A stretch of 63,994 bases of DNA, filler included, from Asterionella formosa (Eukaryota), in assembly GCA_002256025.1 (NCBI GenBank). It is 16 parts of 16 records of this genome, joined end to end, with 100 filler letters (N's around TTAATTAATTAA, not from the genome) between each part and the next. Parts side by side here need not be neighbours in the genome. Positions count along the whole stretch, not along the records: positions 1 to 3,928 come from NKIB01013825.1; positions 4,029 to 7,953 come from NKIB01013827.1; positions 8,054 to 11,975 come from NKIB01013828.1; 13 more parts are not named here. One strand, given 5' to 3'. The notes beneath the pieces are model-generated. The model made no database searches. It saw only the letters and a program-made list of their open reading frames with translations, and was not told the DNA's origin. Below are positions 1-12,075 of the stretch, in pieces (the stretch's first letter is position 1; the number at the start of each line of letters is the position of its first letter). The position numbers were made by a program, and so were the translations under genes.

Positions 1-71
1 TATGCACATACCGGTATATCATGTGTAGTGCATGATCATGAAACAAGATCACATCATTCGCATTTGCTACA

Positions 72-2571
72 ATGAAGAGAGGATCAGACATGGAGGAAGT
101 TCATGAAGCGGACGATGGAGCAGCTGTAGCGTTATGTGCCAGCTGTGATCGTTGCCGTTCTAGAAAGACCAAATGCGACGGAAAGCACCCTTGTAATAAT
201 TGTGCCGCCAAGTTTCTGAAGAAGAATAAAGTCAACAGGTACGCTGCTTTGTCACGTCTCGGCATCTAATGGGAGATCCAGTCCATCGGAGAAGCGTGGG
301 AAACAGCAAGCTGTCTGCAGATCTCATTCGTTTGAGTTCGGATAGCTCCAAGTCCAGGCTCCTTGTGCTTGTGCTTGTGCTTGAGCTTGTGCTTGTGCTT
401 CGCCTCCCACCCAACAACGAGATTCAACTGACTGAACTTGTCGCCTCTCCAGCATTGATGGATTCGATAGTGCTGACATTGGATGTGTGTATTCACCCGC
501 CAAGAGGCGCGGGCCAGTGCCAGGTCGTGTTGGCCAAACGACAAAGACTGGTGCACAGGCGAATCCTCGCCTGGACGAGGAAATGTGGATGGCAGGAGTG
601 GACCAATCCGCAACGGCCTTGATGCAACAGCAGGCAGCTCTTTCGAATGGGAATATGGAGGGCGCTCGAATGATGATGCTTCAACAACAGGCTGCAATGG
701 AAGGTATGGGCTATGCGGCCGGAATGGATCAGTTCGCCTCCCAATCAGCGATGCAGATTGATCCCTTGGCTAGCATGATGCAGCAACTGCAGGGGCAAAT
801 GACCGTCAGCGGACAAGCCACCGAGCACATCAATTTTGATCAACCTTCTGCTCGACGAATGCGCACTGAAATGGACGACAACGGCCCGAGCACCCCTGAT
901 ACAGTTGCCGCTCATCTGCATTTGACCAGCAGAGATGATCCAGTTGGAAGAAAGCTGCGGGCGTTTTACACTCTGAGCGTTGATGAGCTGTTTTCTCTTC
1001 CCCCTATTCCTCCTGAAGAAGATTACAATCAGTTTAATCCATCTCAAATGCTAACTCAGAGTCATCAGGCAGCTCTACAAGCCTCTCGGTTTGCAGAAAT
1101 CGCTCTTGGAGCACTTGTTCACAACGAAGTGGCCCTCGCGAAGGAGTTGTGCAACGCTACTGTTCACTGTCTCCGCGAATGTGTCAAAGATCCAGTACAG
1201 CCACAGTATGTGTTTGAAGTCGGCCGCGTCTATTTTCTTCTCGGTGCCTTTCGTGCTTTCCGTGGCGACATGGATCGCTACTTCAAGTATCGTCGTGTTG
1301 CCTTGACCCATGTGGCCAAAATCGATGTAAGTCGAACATTGTGCGTTCATGAAAACTTGTGGATCGCATCTACTAATGTATATCTATCATTGGTTAAACA
1401 GAAAGGAAATGGAAGTGAGCTGTTGCTTGCCGCTATGGCGTACCTTGATGCTTGGGCGTACATGATGTTCAACGCTAACGAGAGCAAGCTTCCAAATATC
1501 GACGGGCTTATTCCTCGGGTAAGTAGATGCGGGTCTGGAAGAGCTCCGACGTCTCAAGTTGAACTCCAATTCGGATTCAGTTGCAATTCGACTAGCATTG
1601 CCACCGACCCAAAAAATCAAATGTGGATTCAAGGAGTGCCACCAGTGTATCTAAACAATGAAGCTCCGCTTACAGCACGTACTTTGGACGCCCTGTCTTG
1701 TGCGATTCGAAGCTGTTGCGACCAAGCCAACACGAGATTTTTACAAATGTCGCGCGAAGCTGAACCCAATGTGAACTTGTCGGAAGAGTTCCCTGAAAGC
1801 ATAATTGAGACTCCTACTTCCACGGCTGTCCTGGCTCACGGGGATGAGTTGTGCAGCCGAAACATGGTTATTTCAGCTTTTACACTTCTTCAACAGCACG
1901 AAGCTACAACTGGTGGCAGCCATAGGAACGAGGGTCTCCACTTGATCATTTCTGCTATGGGTGCCTTTTTGGAAAACGGAGACGAATCTGGAGGCTTCTC
2001 CGACTCTCAAATTCAGTCCTTATTGAGTGTTTGTAACAACGCGATTGAGAACCCTCTCCTCCTGCATCACGGCGGACCTACTTATCACTTGGTGACAAAT
2101 GCAGCGATCCTATTGTGTCATTTGTTGAATGGCATGCATGCGCAAGGAGCTTTAAGTGGCTCAAAGGAGATGGAGGCTGCAGTGTTCGAGGAAGTGGTGG
2201 ATACTTTTATTTCCGTCCGTAAACTCTTAAATATCCATAGACGAAAGCTTCCGGTGAAATTGCGTTGCCATGGAATTCCTCGACCCAGTTTAAACGGGCC
2301 CGAAAATGGTCAACCGTTCATCAACCTTGGCGACACGTTGATGTGCGGTTGCCGAGGATGTCAAGGCTTTGTGTTGATGGCGTGTTCGCCGTGCGTGGCT
2401 GCGGAACGCGCACGTAACGCTCTGCAACAAAAAGAATTGGAGGTAGTTCAGGAGTCGATGGGTGTCGAAGAAGCCTGCGAGCTCGACCAGGCGTTGCATG
2501 ATCTGGAGTCAGAGTTTGACTTGGACGATGACGACTTGTTGAACATTTTGTCGCGAATTATTACGGCTTAA
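72..2571 (+). CDS. Zn(II)2Cys6 (fungal-type binuclear cluster) transcription factor, 3 exons (72-238, 453-1326, 1402-2571)
   Basis: Splicing GT239..AG452 gives CDRCRSRKTKCDGKHPCNNC...SIDGFDSADIGCVYSPAKRRGP, with all six Cys and a basic linker. A Q/M-rich region follows. Second intron GTAAGT1327..CAG1401 is 75 nt and in frame. An alternative in-frame acceptor at 470 is possible. Confidence 0.9.
362..400 (+). repeat. (CTTGTG)n microsatellite inside intron 1
   Basis: About 6.5 hexamer units, one variant (CTTGAG). Confidence 0.9.
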
Positions 2572-3213
2572 CTCGTAATGGCAAATCTGATTGAGGGAAT
2601 ATTAGTTGACTGATTGGCTGTTCTTAGGGAATATGCCTAAGCAATCGGTGAAAATGATACTAATCTTCACAAAGGGTTGGTTGATGCTTTTTATGTGTGC
2701 CTTCATGGTACAATGGCAACGATTGAACGAATTGGGTGTTTATCATAACACAAAATGGGCACAAAATGTGAGCCTTAGCCTTGGCAAAATTCTGATATTT
2801 TCCAATAATAATGGCAAGGCCAAAATTGTAGGTAAAAAAGTTTTTAGATGATAACTATTCTCAAAATGAGCAGCATTTGAGAATCTGCCAGTTTTTCGGT
2901 GTGGACTTTAGATGCGATGATTGTTGACTGTAGATCATTTGTATTTTGATAGGCTCTGAGCTCCTGGGAAAAAGGGTGTTGTTTCCTGCGGCCATTGTTG
3001 TACGAAACTATTGCCACCTGATCAAAGTGACCCTATAATTGGAAAACAAAACGGATGAATCAACGCGCTGGCAAAGGATTAATATTTTGCGACAAAGAGA
3101 AGGGTATCATCCCTCAGTGTCCCTAGACTACTCCAAAGCATGGAAGGTGCTTGCGAACCTAAACACAACAAGACGAGACAGCAACATTTATTCTATAATG
3201 AATTCCCGAAGTT

Positions 3214-3712
3214 TCAATCGACTTGAACCTTGTATTCTTTGCCGTTTAAAGGAGCACCGAAACAATCACACACCATGTCCTCCGTGCGACTCTTCGCTGG
3301 GTTCATACTAGGTGGATCCGTCCATTTGATGAACTGATAAAAGGCACCAATAACGGCAAAGAAACCAGACAACGTAATGGCTGCTTCAGCTGTGGAGATG
3401 TGTTGGGATTCAAAATCAAAGGCCAATTCTGGAGCAACGGAATCGTCCCATACAACGTCATTTTGTTCTGAGAGCTAGTGTGTCCGTAGCAGTTGGAAGG
3501 AAGTAATTCTTACGATTAGTGCACGCAGGTAAAGTCAAACAATGATACCGGAGAACATCCGAGCAACCCGGATTTTCCAAACATACCTTCTGTGACGGCA
3601 CAGGGAGACGCTGAAAGGGGGGCAGTGGAGGACTTCTCCCTCCTCTCAATGTATTTGTGCCAGCAGGTACGACGGATCGTCGAAGGAATGAGGAGACAGC
3701 GCGAGATGTCAT
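3214..3712 (-). CDS. NDUFB8: Mitochondrial complex I subunit NDUFB8/ASHI-like, 2 exons (3712-3587, 3474-3214), 128 aa
   Basis: Arg/Ser-rich presequence ending LRGG. After the GT3586..AG3475 intron: LSEQNDVVWDDSVAPELAFD, resembling the plant/algal ASHI motif (WDxxxxPExxxD). One transmembrane helix follows. Confidence 0.75.
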
Positions 3713-3928
3713 GGTCAACAACGTACCACTGCTGAACAATTGATTTCGCGAGCAGCAAATCGACCTCGAACGTAAATTTTGTACCTGAAACCACAGCGAT
3801 GTCGTAGTACAGTATTCACCCGTATCATCATTATTACAATCAATATACATCATGAAGTACGAATGATGATGGTCTCTATAAATCAGATCATCATTTTTAT
3901 ATACATATATATATATACATGATGTATA

Positions 3929-4028
3929 NNNNNNNNNNNNNNNNNNNNNNNNNNNNNNNNNNNNNNNNNNNNTTAATTAATTAANNNNNNNNNNNNNNNN
4001 NNNNNNNNNNNNNNNNNNNNNNNNNNNN
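3929..4028. other. Artificial contig linker (first of 15)
   Basis: N44-TTAATTAATTAA-N44, with stops in all six frames. Identical linkers start at 3929, 7954, 11976, 15990, 20004, 24017, 28029, 32040, 36051, 40060, 44069, 48076, 52079, 56085 and 60088. Contigs between them are 3903-3925 nt, in near-descending length. Confidence 0.99.
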
Positions 4029-5090
4029 TCTCACTATCCGTCCAGAACATCAAGATGAACATCATGAAAGCAGAGAAACTATTGCATTTCAAAAAGAACA
4101 GATATTCAAGAAAAAGTCCAAGCTAGATCAAGACCTCGAATTCAAGAAGATCAATGCAGACAGAGATGTGATGCTGGCTAAGGCAGTTGATGCACTGAGT
4201 CGGGAACGAAGTTTGAAGAACAAAATTGAATCTTTTTCCAAATCATACATTGAAGAAAAATAATTTCTCTGTAAAATCATCGAGAACAATCCCGAAGGCA
4301 GCTAGCCTACTTTTGTGAAGAGTCAGCATGTGAAATGTGTAGAGTTATTATGGCAAAGCAAACTGCATTTTCCTTGATTTTGCCGAAAAGTCATGGACAA
4401 CTAAAATTGTGGAAAGATTTGTACACACATACCCCACAAGAAATATGCAATTACACCTCTATATTTTATGGAGTCAAAGGTAGTATCAAAAAATCATCTT
4501 CAGATTTTAAAGATCTTGCATATTGGGACCTTGAAACAATTACCTCCTTATGATCCATGATATAATTCATGAACTTCATCCAAGTGATGTAAAGGTTATA
4601 TTTGATCTGGATAAAAACCCAGAAAAGTGTTATAACAAACCGTATATATACCAAGGTGATTGTCATCCACTTCATTATATATACCAAGGTGATTGTCATC
4701 CACTTCATCATTGCAATTCATCTTTCAAGAAGGATGATGTTGTCTACGTGAAATCCATGATCCAATAAATGAATGAACAAGTTGCTCCCTTCAAATGGTA
4801 TAATCATGCACCTCTTGGCCAAATTTCTGGATGCATCAAAATTGACAAAAAGTTGAAAAAATATTTTGTAACTGATGATATGACAGCCCTTCTGAAATAA
4901 AATTGAAAAAGTTTACAGACTCATATTGAACTGCATTTGAAAAGTGGAGAAGAAAAATTTCGGACGAAACGAGAAGGACCATCTTAGGTTATTTGGGAGT
5001 GAAAAAGAACAATAATGGACCATTGGGATCATCCAATCTCATCATTCCTTGGGACATTATAGTTTGTGAAAACCTTCTAATAACTTAACT
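4029..5090 (+). pseudogene. Degenerate ORF of unknown product, convergent with the Plavaka-like transposase
   Basis: Coiled-coil-like reading (KLDQDLEFKKINADRDVMLAKAVDAL) continuing through fragments 4335-4553 and 4550-4768, with stops and frameshifts. Confidence 0.4.
4643..4708. repeat. Perfect 33-bp tandem duplication
   Basis: TATATATACCAAGGTGATTGTCATCCACTTCAT at 4643-4675 and 4676-4708. Confidence 0.95.
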
Positions 5091-5119
5091 AGTATGTGAA
5101 ACTATATTATCACTATTAT

Positions 5120-7950
5120 TTATATTATTCTTGTGTATTTATCAATGTTTGCTTGTAAGTTTTTGGTCTCACCCGATTGATTTCCATAAATGACGTGGAG
5201 GCATGGCAACATAAAATTATCTTTCGCTCCGTATCTGTTCCAAGATTTCTGTGGTTTCAAAGCAGGTACAACAAATGCTGCCGAAAGTATTTTATGAAAT
5301 TCAACAACGCTCAATTCAGTCGTATCATTGCATAAGGTGTCTCCTCTGGCAAAAAACATACGTTTATTAATTTTCATTTCAGTTGAACTTTTCAAGGAAC
5401 GAATACACGCTAAGAGAATGGTTGTTGTGTTTGCTTGGAGAAAATAACATTTCCCCAAAGAAGTAGTTTTGTCGGAACTGAACTGTGTAGGAACTTGATT
5501 CATCTCCTTTCTCCTAAACCATTCACGACCAGAGATTCCAGCATTTGAATCTTTATTCCATTTCGGATGGCATGTGAAAATAGTAGTTTGGCCAGGAACA
5601 TTACTTTCAATTTTAACATGATAATATAATTCAATCCTTACAATGGAAACAGACCCAACCCCATCTTCAAGACTTTTGATTCTTGCTGTTTCTATTGCTA
5701 ATTCGCATTGCTCTTTACGTAGTTGGCCCCCTTGTTCGGTAAATCAGGATGAACCAATTGAGACAATGGTGCATCCTTACTCCGTGATACATGCCCAATC
5801 TTATTAGGGAAACCTGCTATAGTCCATAGACCATTTGATGATGAAGCAGAGAATTGAACTTTAGCAGGAAGGGATGGTGAATGGATCTTGGTAGCAGGCG
5901 ATATTCCCAAATTATCAGGCGACGTACTAGTAGACTAGGCAACATCCTTGTATCCGGAATCATTCCTTCGAAATCACTTTCTGTTGAAATACCCTCAGTT
6001 ACATTCATATTTACTACTTTACTCATCTTCTTTTGTTTGTTTTCTGTATGTAATGTATCACTTGCAAAAACAATTTTTCGTGCCAAGGCAAACTGCCTTG
6101 TTTCATATGACCTTGTTAAAATGTCATGCTTTAATCGATGTAATTGTCCATTGACACGCTTACTGGGCCGTTTCAATTTGTCTTTCAAAAAAGACTCCAA
6201 ATATCCACCAAAGAAATTAAGAGGAGATCCGAACTTCCTAATCAGATGAGGGTTATGTTTCATTCCATGAAATTTTGCCATTAGTAAGCCAATTTGAGAT
6301 ATCATTTCCCGTTGGGGACCAATCATAATCTTAGTAACTGACATAAATCTCTTAACCCTTTCCTCTAAAATATTAATACATGTTGATGTATACTGCGGTA
6401 TGAATAAATTGTCATTGATAGATATACATAACCATAACAGCAATGTGAAATCCTTTTCTAGGTGCATGTTCTCTGAACCCATCATTTTACCCATTGAAAA
6501 AATAGTTAACAGGCAGACATAATCCGGTAATTTCTTGCCCTGACATTTTTGACAAAGCTGTCATCCCAGATCTGTATGACAATTCTGGAATATCACGATC
6601 GCTTTTCCTTTCCAAATGACTATTGATATATCTAGCACTTTGTTCGAAGTATAGTTTCGAAAATACATGCAATTTCTGGTGCTGGTACAAGTGTTGGGTC
6701 TTGATTTTTGCCAGTGTAGATATTTTTGGTAACTGGTGCGTTTGTCCTTTTTTGTCTTTGCCCGTTGCTTCGGTTGCTCTTGATCAAGAAAAGCAATGTC
6801 TGTTGTTTCAGTGATACATTTATGATCGGAGATGTTCTCTGGAATATCTGGAGATTTTCTTTCTTTAAAAAAACATGTCCATTCTTCAGGGATAGTCCGA
6901 TAATTGTACAATGATCATTCCAAAATGTAGTTAAATATTCCAAGTAGTAATTGATGAAGAACCTCAAATGGAGTTGCACCAAATAATCCTTCTAAGTCAC
7001 CACCAAAAAAATGATTTATAAGTGCAGGCATAATAGGATTATGCGATATAACACGGCACCACTCGTTTGCTGTTGCGCAGGTCAATTTGCCATTAGATTG
7101 GGAGACACAATACTCAGATGGGATACATGGTAATTTTCCGTCGGAATATGTATTTTTGTCAAGAAATTTGTTTAAAAACTTTTTAACATCTGACACTTTA
7201 CGACGTTCACATCCAATATCGGGATTATCAGTATCTTCAGTTGAAACCAGTTAGGCAATCACGACAAACATATCGTCGATATAATCCATTACCAGCCACC
7301 CCTGAAACCACAAATTTTGTTTTGCTCTTCTGTATCAGCCACCAATGATCATTCCAATCTGGAAATAAACTTTTGTCATACCAAGACCATGAACCCAAAT
7401 ATCGTATGACTTGTTTGGATCTTCGAAAGGCAGGCGACAATAGAAATCCTTAAACAGAATGGTATAATTTGAGTCGACATAAGGACAAGTTGTCACCAGA
7501 TAACTTATTATTCATTTGTTTTCCAGATCACTGACTTCAATGTAGGGGTCTGGCAAAAGAGATACCAATTGCCATCCATCAACGTCTGCAAATAAAAACT
7601 ATCATATTTTCATGATGCATCATAGGATTGTGATCATCTGATCATAATATTTCGTTATATCATCTAATAATTTTGATAAATGCCCTTGTAATTTAAATAG
7701 AAACCCTTTTGACTACATAGATTTCATTATTATATGTATTGTATCTATTTGATTCCTGTATTCGAATTTCTTGGTAGGATAATGTACCAGTTCAAGTAAT
7801 GTAATTTGGCTCGTCATTTCCATCCGTCATCACTCCGATTTTTGCAACAACAACGAAATACTAGCGATGACAAGCGGAATGAATGTTTGCGATAACGTCT
7901 TCAATTTGTTGGTCAAGTGATCTTTATGTCTTCGAGTAATCGTCATGTGC
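5120..7950 (-). mobile_element. Degenerate Plavaka-like transposase (pseudogene)
   Basis: Fragments FGGDLEGLFGATPFEVLHQLLLG, RKSDRDIPELSY..G...LSKMSGQE, KFHGMKH..HLIRKFGSPLNF and IFTCHPKW...W occur in the same order as the matching motifs in 54669-56084. Many stops and frameshifts. Confidence 0.75.
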
Positions 7951-8479
7951 AGTNNNNNNNNNNNNNNNNNNNNNNNNNNNNNNNNNNNNNNNNNNNNTTA
8001 ATTAATTAANNNNNNNNNNNNNNNNNNNNNNNNNNNNNNNNNNNNNNNNNNNNTTCTATTTGTTGCCAGATGTGACGCAAAGAAATAGACACAGTATTGC
8101 TGAACTGAAATGACACGATAACGACAGAAATCAGACAGTCCAACATGTGATGGTAACCATCTCTTTTGTCGTCCTTAGTGAAATATGAAGGAACAGGATG
8201 GATTAATTTATGATCTAGTTACACAATTTATGTAATTGAATATTTAGAAAATGTTTTATTTAATATCTATTACTTAGTGAAACTTTTCAATTGTTGCCAA
8301 TTACTAGTATCTCCAAGTTCCATATCCTCCTCTTTGTAGTACTTCAGTGTTTCATCATTTCAGCACAGAGGAAAAACCATTGATTCGGCTTGAACTGTTC
8401 ATAATAAGGTTATTGCTTCCCAACCGCAAGAATTTCTTCTTAGGTAGCGGCTTTAAGAAACTGTATGGGATTATCAGCA

Positions 8480-9950
8480 TCTCCACTAAGATTCTTGGTT
8501 TTCAGGGTGCTTTTTAATAGCAATTTTCCACTGATATTGTCATGAATTGAATCTCCAAGAACGTGTTTGCCATGCAGAGGAAACTTTCCTTGATTAGTTT
8601 AGCTTATGCTTGTAAGATGCATCTAATTGGTCCCAGTAAATTATGATCATGAATCTTCATTCCTGTTGAACAGAAACTGATAGGAGCGAGTACTTGGAGG
8701 AATGCCTGTAGTGTTTGCATGAATGTTCAGAGATGCCCAGATGAGCAACCTGATACAGAGAAGAAGCACAAAAATAAAATCGGATTTACTGTATTCTGTA
8801 AAGTTGGTTTCTGAAACAATAAAATCGGATTTACTGTATTCTATAAAATTGTTTTCGACTCAACCAACTAAGATAGAGAATAAACGGTCAGATATAGTCA
8901 ATAACACCCATGAATTGCAAGTTGTAAACTTACTCAAAACCGCAAAAATTAAATGATTCCATTTCAGCTGGAAGAAACGCATAGAATTGATGTACATACA
9001 TCCAAATGTACTTCAAAATAGTAAAAATTTCCGTTCCTTACTACGACACTTGCTTCTTGAAGATAAAAATCAGTTCCTCTATGAGAAACTTCTTCAACAC
9101 CATTTCAAATGCAATCCACTAATTCGGCCTTAATGGTAAGAGCGATTTCAGGATATTGTTTCATCAAGAATATGAGTCACAATGGTTTCTATCGTTAAGT
9201 TTTCAGATTGGACCATGAGATAACACAGTAACAGTGCTGTGTTGTTAACAACAACAACATTGTTTGATCAATGAGTTTAGAATGGATCAATTTTAAATGC
9301 AAATGGTGCATTAATTGATGCAACATTAAAATCTCTGGAGCAAGTGAGTAAACTCAATTCAATGAATCAGAAATATGGATTATCCAACCCCCGTGTATTG
9401 AGGAATTTTCGACATTTTCCGCGACTAAGAAAGTCAACACGGAAAATCGCTTGTTGTTCAAAAAGCCGTACGCGAATTTCAATTGTTGGTCATCCTAACC
9501 AGTTCCAATTTGCACGCTTCTCCCCATTGATAGAATGGCTCGTTGTGGAGTACTTCCGATGGAGAGATTGCAAAACGAGGCCTCATGGGTTGAGGAATAT
9601 GCCATTTCCATAACAACGGGAATATAATTGAGCCATTTGAGTCAAAGCACGCGAAACAACAAGCATGATCATGCTTTGAGATGGTACATGTAATTATGTA
9701 TGCACTGTTTTCATTCATCGGCTGTGCTTACATCATGTACACCATCACTCAAGCGATTTTCAATGTAAGAAGGCAGCTCCATTTAGCTAAGCACACATCA
9801 ATCAACAGTGCACAAGAAGGTTTAAGTTTGTTGCTGTGGTGGAAAGATGGATTGTCTGGCTACAAGAGCAATCAAGCCAATTCCGCTTGCTTATTGCCAT
9901 GAGCATATGTGATGTTGACCAAGCAGCCTTGGCGACTTCAGCAGCTCAAT
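8480..9950 (-). pseudogene. Degenerate spliced gene of a repeated family (copy A)
   Basis: Nucleotide homology to 28150-28790 and a shared intron (8933-8868). An upstream reading at 9290-9660 stays open apart from in-frame TGA codons. Confidence 0.6.
8773..8862. repeat. 45-bp tandem duplication (frame-preserving)
   Basis: AATAAAATCGGATTTACTGTATTCT starts at 8773 and 8818. The homolog at ~28407 has one copy. Confidence 0.9.
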
Positions 9951-10097
9951 GTGTGGGTATTTGTGGTATCATTTAGTCAGTTTGCTTGCACCTTTGCATC
10001 TTTGATCTCCATTAGGGGTGGGTTTCGTCTGTGAATAGATTTTCCATTAGATATAACGTTTTACTCAGCATACGTTAATAGACTGATTGATTTTTTC

Positions 10098-10500
10098 AAA
10101 TATTTTGATATGTTGATGATAATTTTGATATATCAACGGCCGGTTCTGTATGATCAATCAAATTTGTACATTAGGTTACTAGCATACACATGTTAGGTTA
10201 TGCGTTTATAAGAACTCATTAATATTAGTTACCAAATCTTATCAGTTAATCCAAATTCTTGATATATTGATCAAATATTGTGTTCTGTTGATGATGATTT
10301 TGACATATCAATGACCGTGTTGGTGTGGTCAATCAAATTTGTTTGTCAGATTATTTTCTTACACATGTCAGGTTACGCATAGATAGAAGTCACATATATT
10401 AATTATAAAATTTAATATGCTAACCAAATGTTTTGATATATTCATACGTTGTTTGATTGATCAATAGCTGTTGCTCTTTGATCAATTATTGTTTTAGCGA
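10098..10500. repeat. Diverged ~175-bp tandem repeat (2 units plus a decayed third)
   Basis: Blocks TGTTGATGATxATTTTGAxATATCAA, TCAATCAAATTTGT and TACACATGTxAGGTTAxGC recur about 175 bp apart. Confidence 0.75.
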
Positions 10501-10819
10501 AGGTTATTACCTTACTTGCATGTAATCCTTGACCCGACACTGCTACCAGAATGAATTCTGTGCAACAACGGTGCATTTCTTGTTGCCATTCCGATTTGAA
10601 TGCTCTACCAACACATGCTTTGATCCAATTCTTGTACCAGCCAGTAGTATTCGTCATTATCTCTCCATTTGCATATCATTAATCGAATTTCTTGGTGTGC
10701 GTTTGTTGATTCCCTTACGAGCTACCTTCTTGCGGGGACAACGATGATCTCAGTCTGATAACAAATAAAATGGTCTCGATATTGATGGGGAATTATGCTG
10801 GCGAAGTTTGAATTGTTTG

Positions 10820-11769
10820 TTTGTTACTCGAAATCAAAAGCTTTGGTCAAATTATATTTCAGAATTGTAGAACGATGCATTGAAGGCCATACCCGATTCC
10901 AATTCCAATTCCAACCGAAATCAAGAAGATAATGCCTTTTGATCATAATTCGCCCATTGCAAACATCGATCCATATTTCGAATCTCTTCTTCAAGATGAG
11001 ATGTGGATCAAAGTGAAGAAGAAATCTCTGTCCCGCACGGCGGTCTTGTCTGGTGTGCAAGAAGTAGCGGAACCTTTTGCCGCCTTCCAAGGCGGTCGGA
11101 GTTTCCCCTAATGCTGCGGCTGTGACAATCAACTTTCGCAAAAGGTGGCTGGGGACTCCCCTACGTTTCCCTAACAAGCCGATGGAATTAGTCATACCTG
11201 TCATTCCAAATAAAGATCACCAACGTCATGTATTCTCCCTTTATGCATTGAAACAGGCGAGTGAAAACGAAATAGTTGATGCCAGTTCATCTTCTCCCAA
11301 TACCATTCCAAAAATTAAAGATCGTGTTGCTTGTATGCCCGTGGTAGATCTTGTTTTTACTTCCTCAGAGCGTCTAATTGAGTCTTTCGAACATGATAGA
11401 CTTGATATAAAATCTCCCCCTTCCAAACAAAAAGCAAAATGTAAATTAAAGGCAACTCCAGCCATGGTTGACAATCTGGAAGAGGCAGTCCATGACTTGT
11501 CACCAAAGAGTTCCGAAATTGTAGGAGTGATTGGGAAAGTAAATAAAGAACAGGTCGAAGAGGAAAGTGATTTGTCCCATTTATCCAGTAAGGAGTTGGA
11601 AATATTCAAGCAGGACATGTTCGCCAGTCTGGATGTAATTCATGACTACTTACCAAAGATTTCCGAAACTGTTGCAGTCACTGGGACAGTAATTGAGCAT
11701 GGTTGCCAGTGTGTTTTTAGTTCATGGCTGCATTTGTTGGCAAATTGTTGTCTTTCTGATGTATTCTAA
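10820..11769 (+). pseudogene. Degenerate ORF of unknown product (intact part 11077-11769)
   Basis: 230-aa open segment without an ATG start, preceded by stop-interrupted coding-like sequence in another frame. No recognisable motif. Confidence 0.35.
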
Positions 11770-12075
11770 AATCTTGGGGAAAGTGAGTTTTCCATAAAAT
11801 CATTGATTCCGAAATTTCCTTGAAGTTTCAAATGATGTTTTGTTAAATAAGCCAGACTCTAGGACCACATAGAATTTGTTGAGAACAAAATCCAAGACAC
11901 TGTCATCTAGTCTATTCTCCTTGCCTTTGTCATCATGATCAAAGTATCTAAACAGTAAGAGTCATTCCTAACTCTNNNNNNNNNNNNNNNNNNNNNNNNN
12001 NNNNNNNNNNNNNNNNNNNTTAATTAATTAANNNNNNNNNNNNNNNNNNNNNNNNNNNNNNNNNNNNNNNNNNNN

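Noticed and set aside
9290..9660. TGA recoding (selenocysteine or alternative genetic code)
   Set aside because: Host genes here use TGA as stop, the region has other lesions, and CGA-to-TGA decay explains it.
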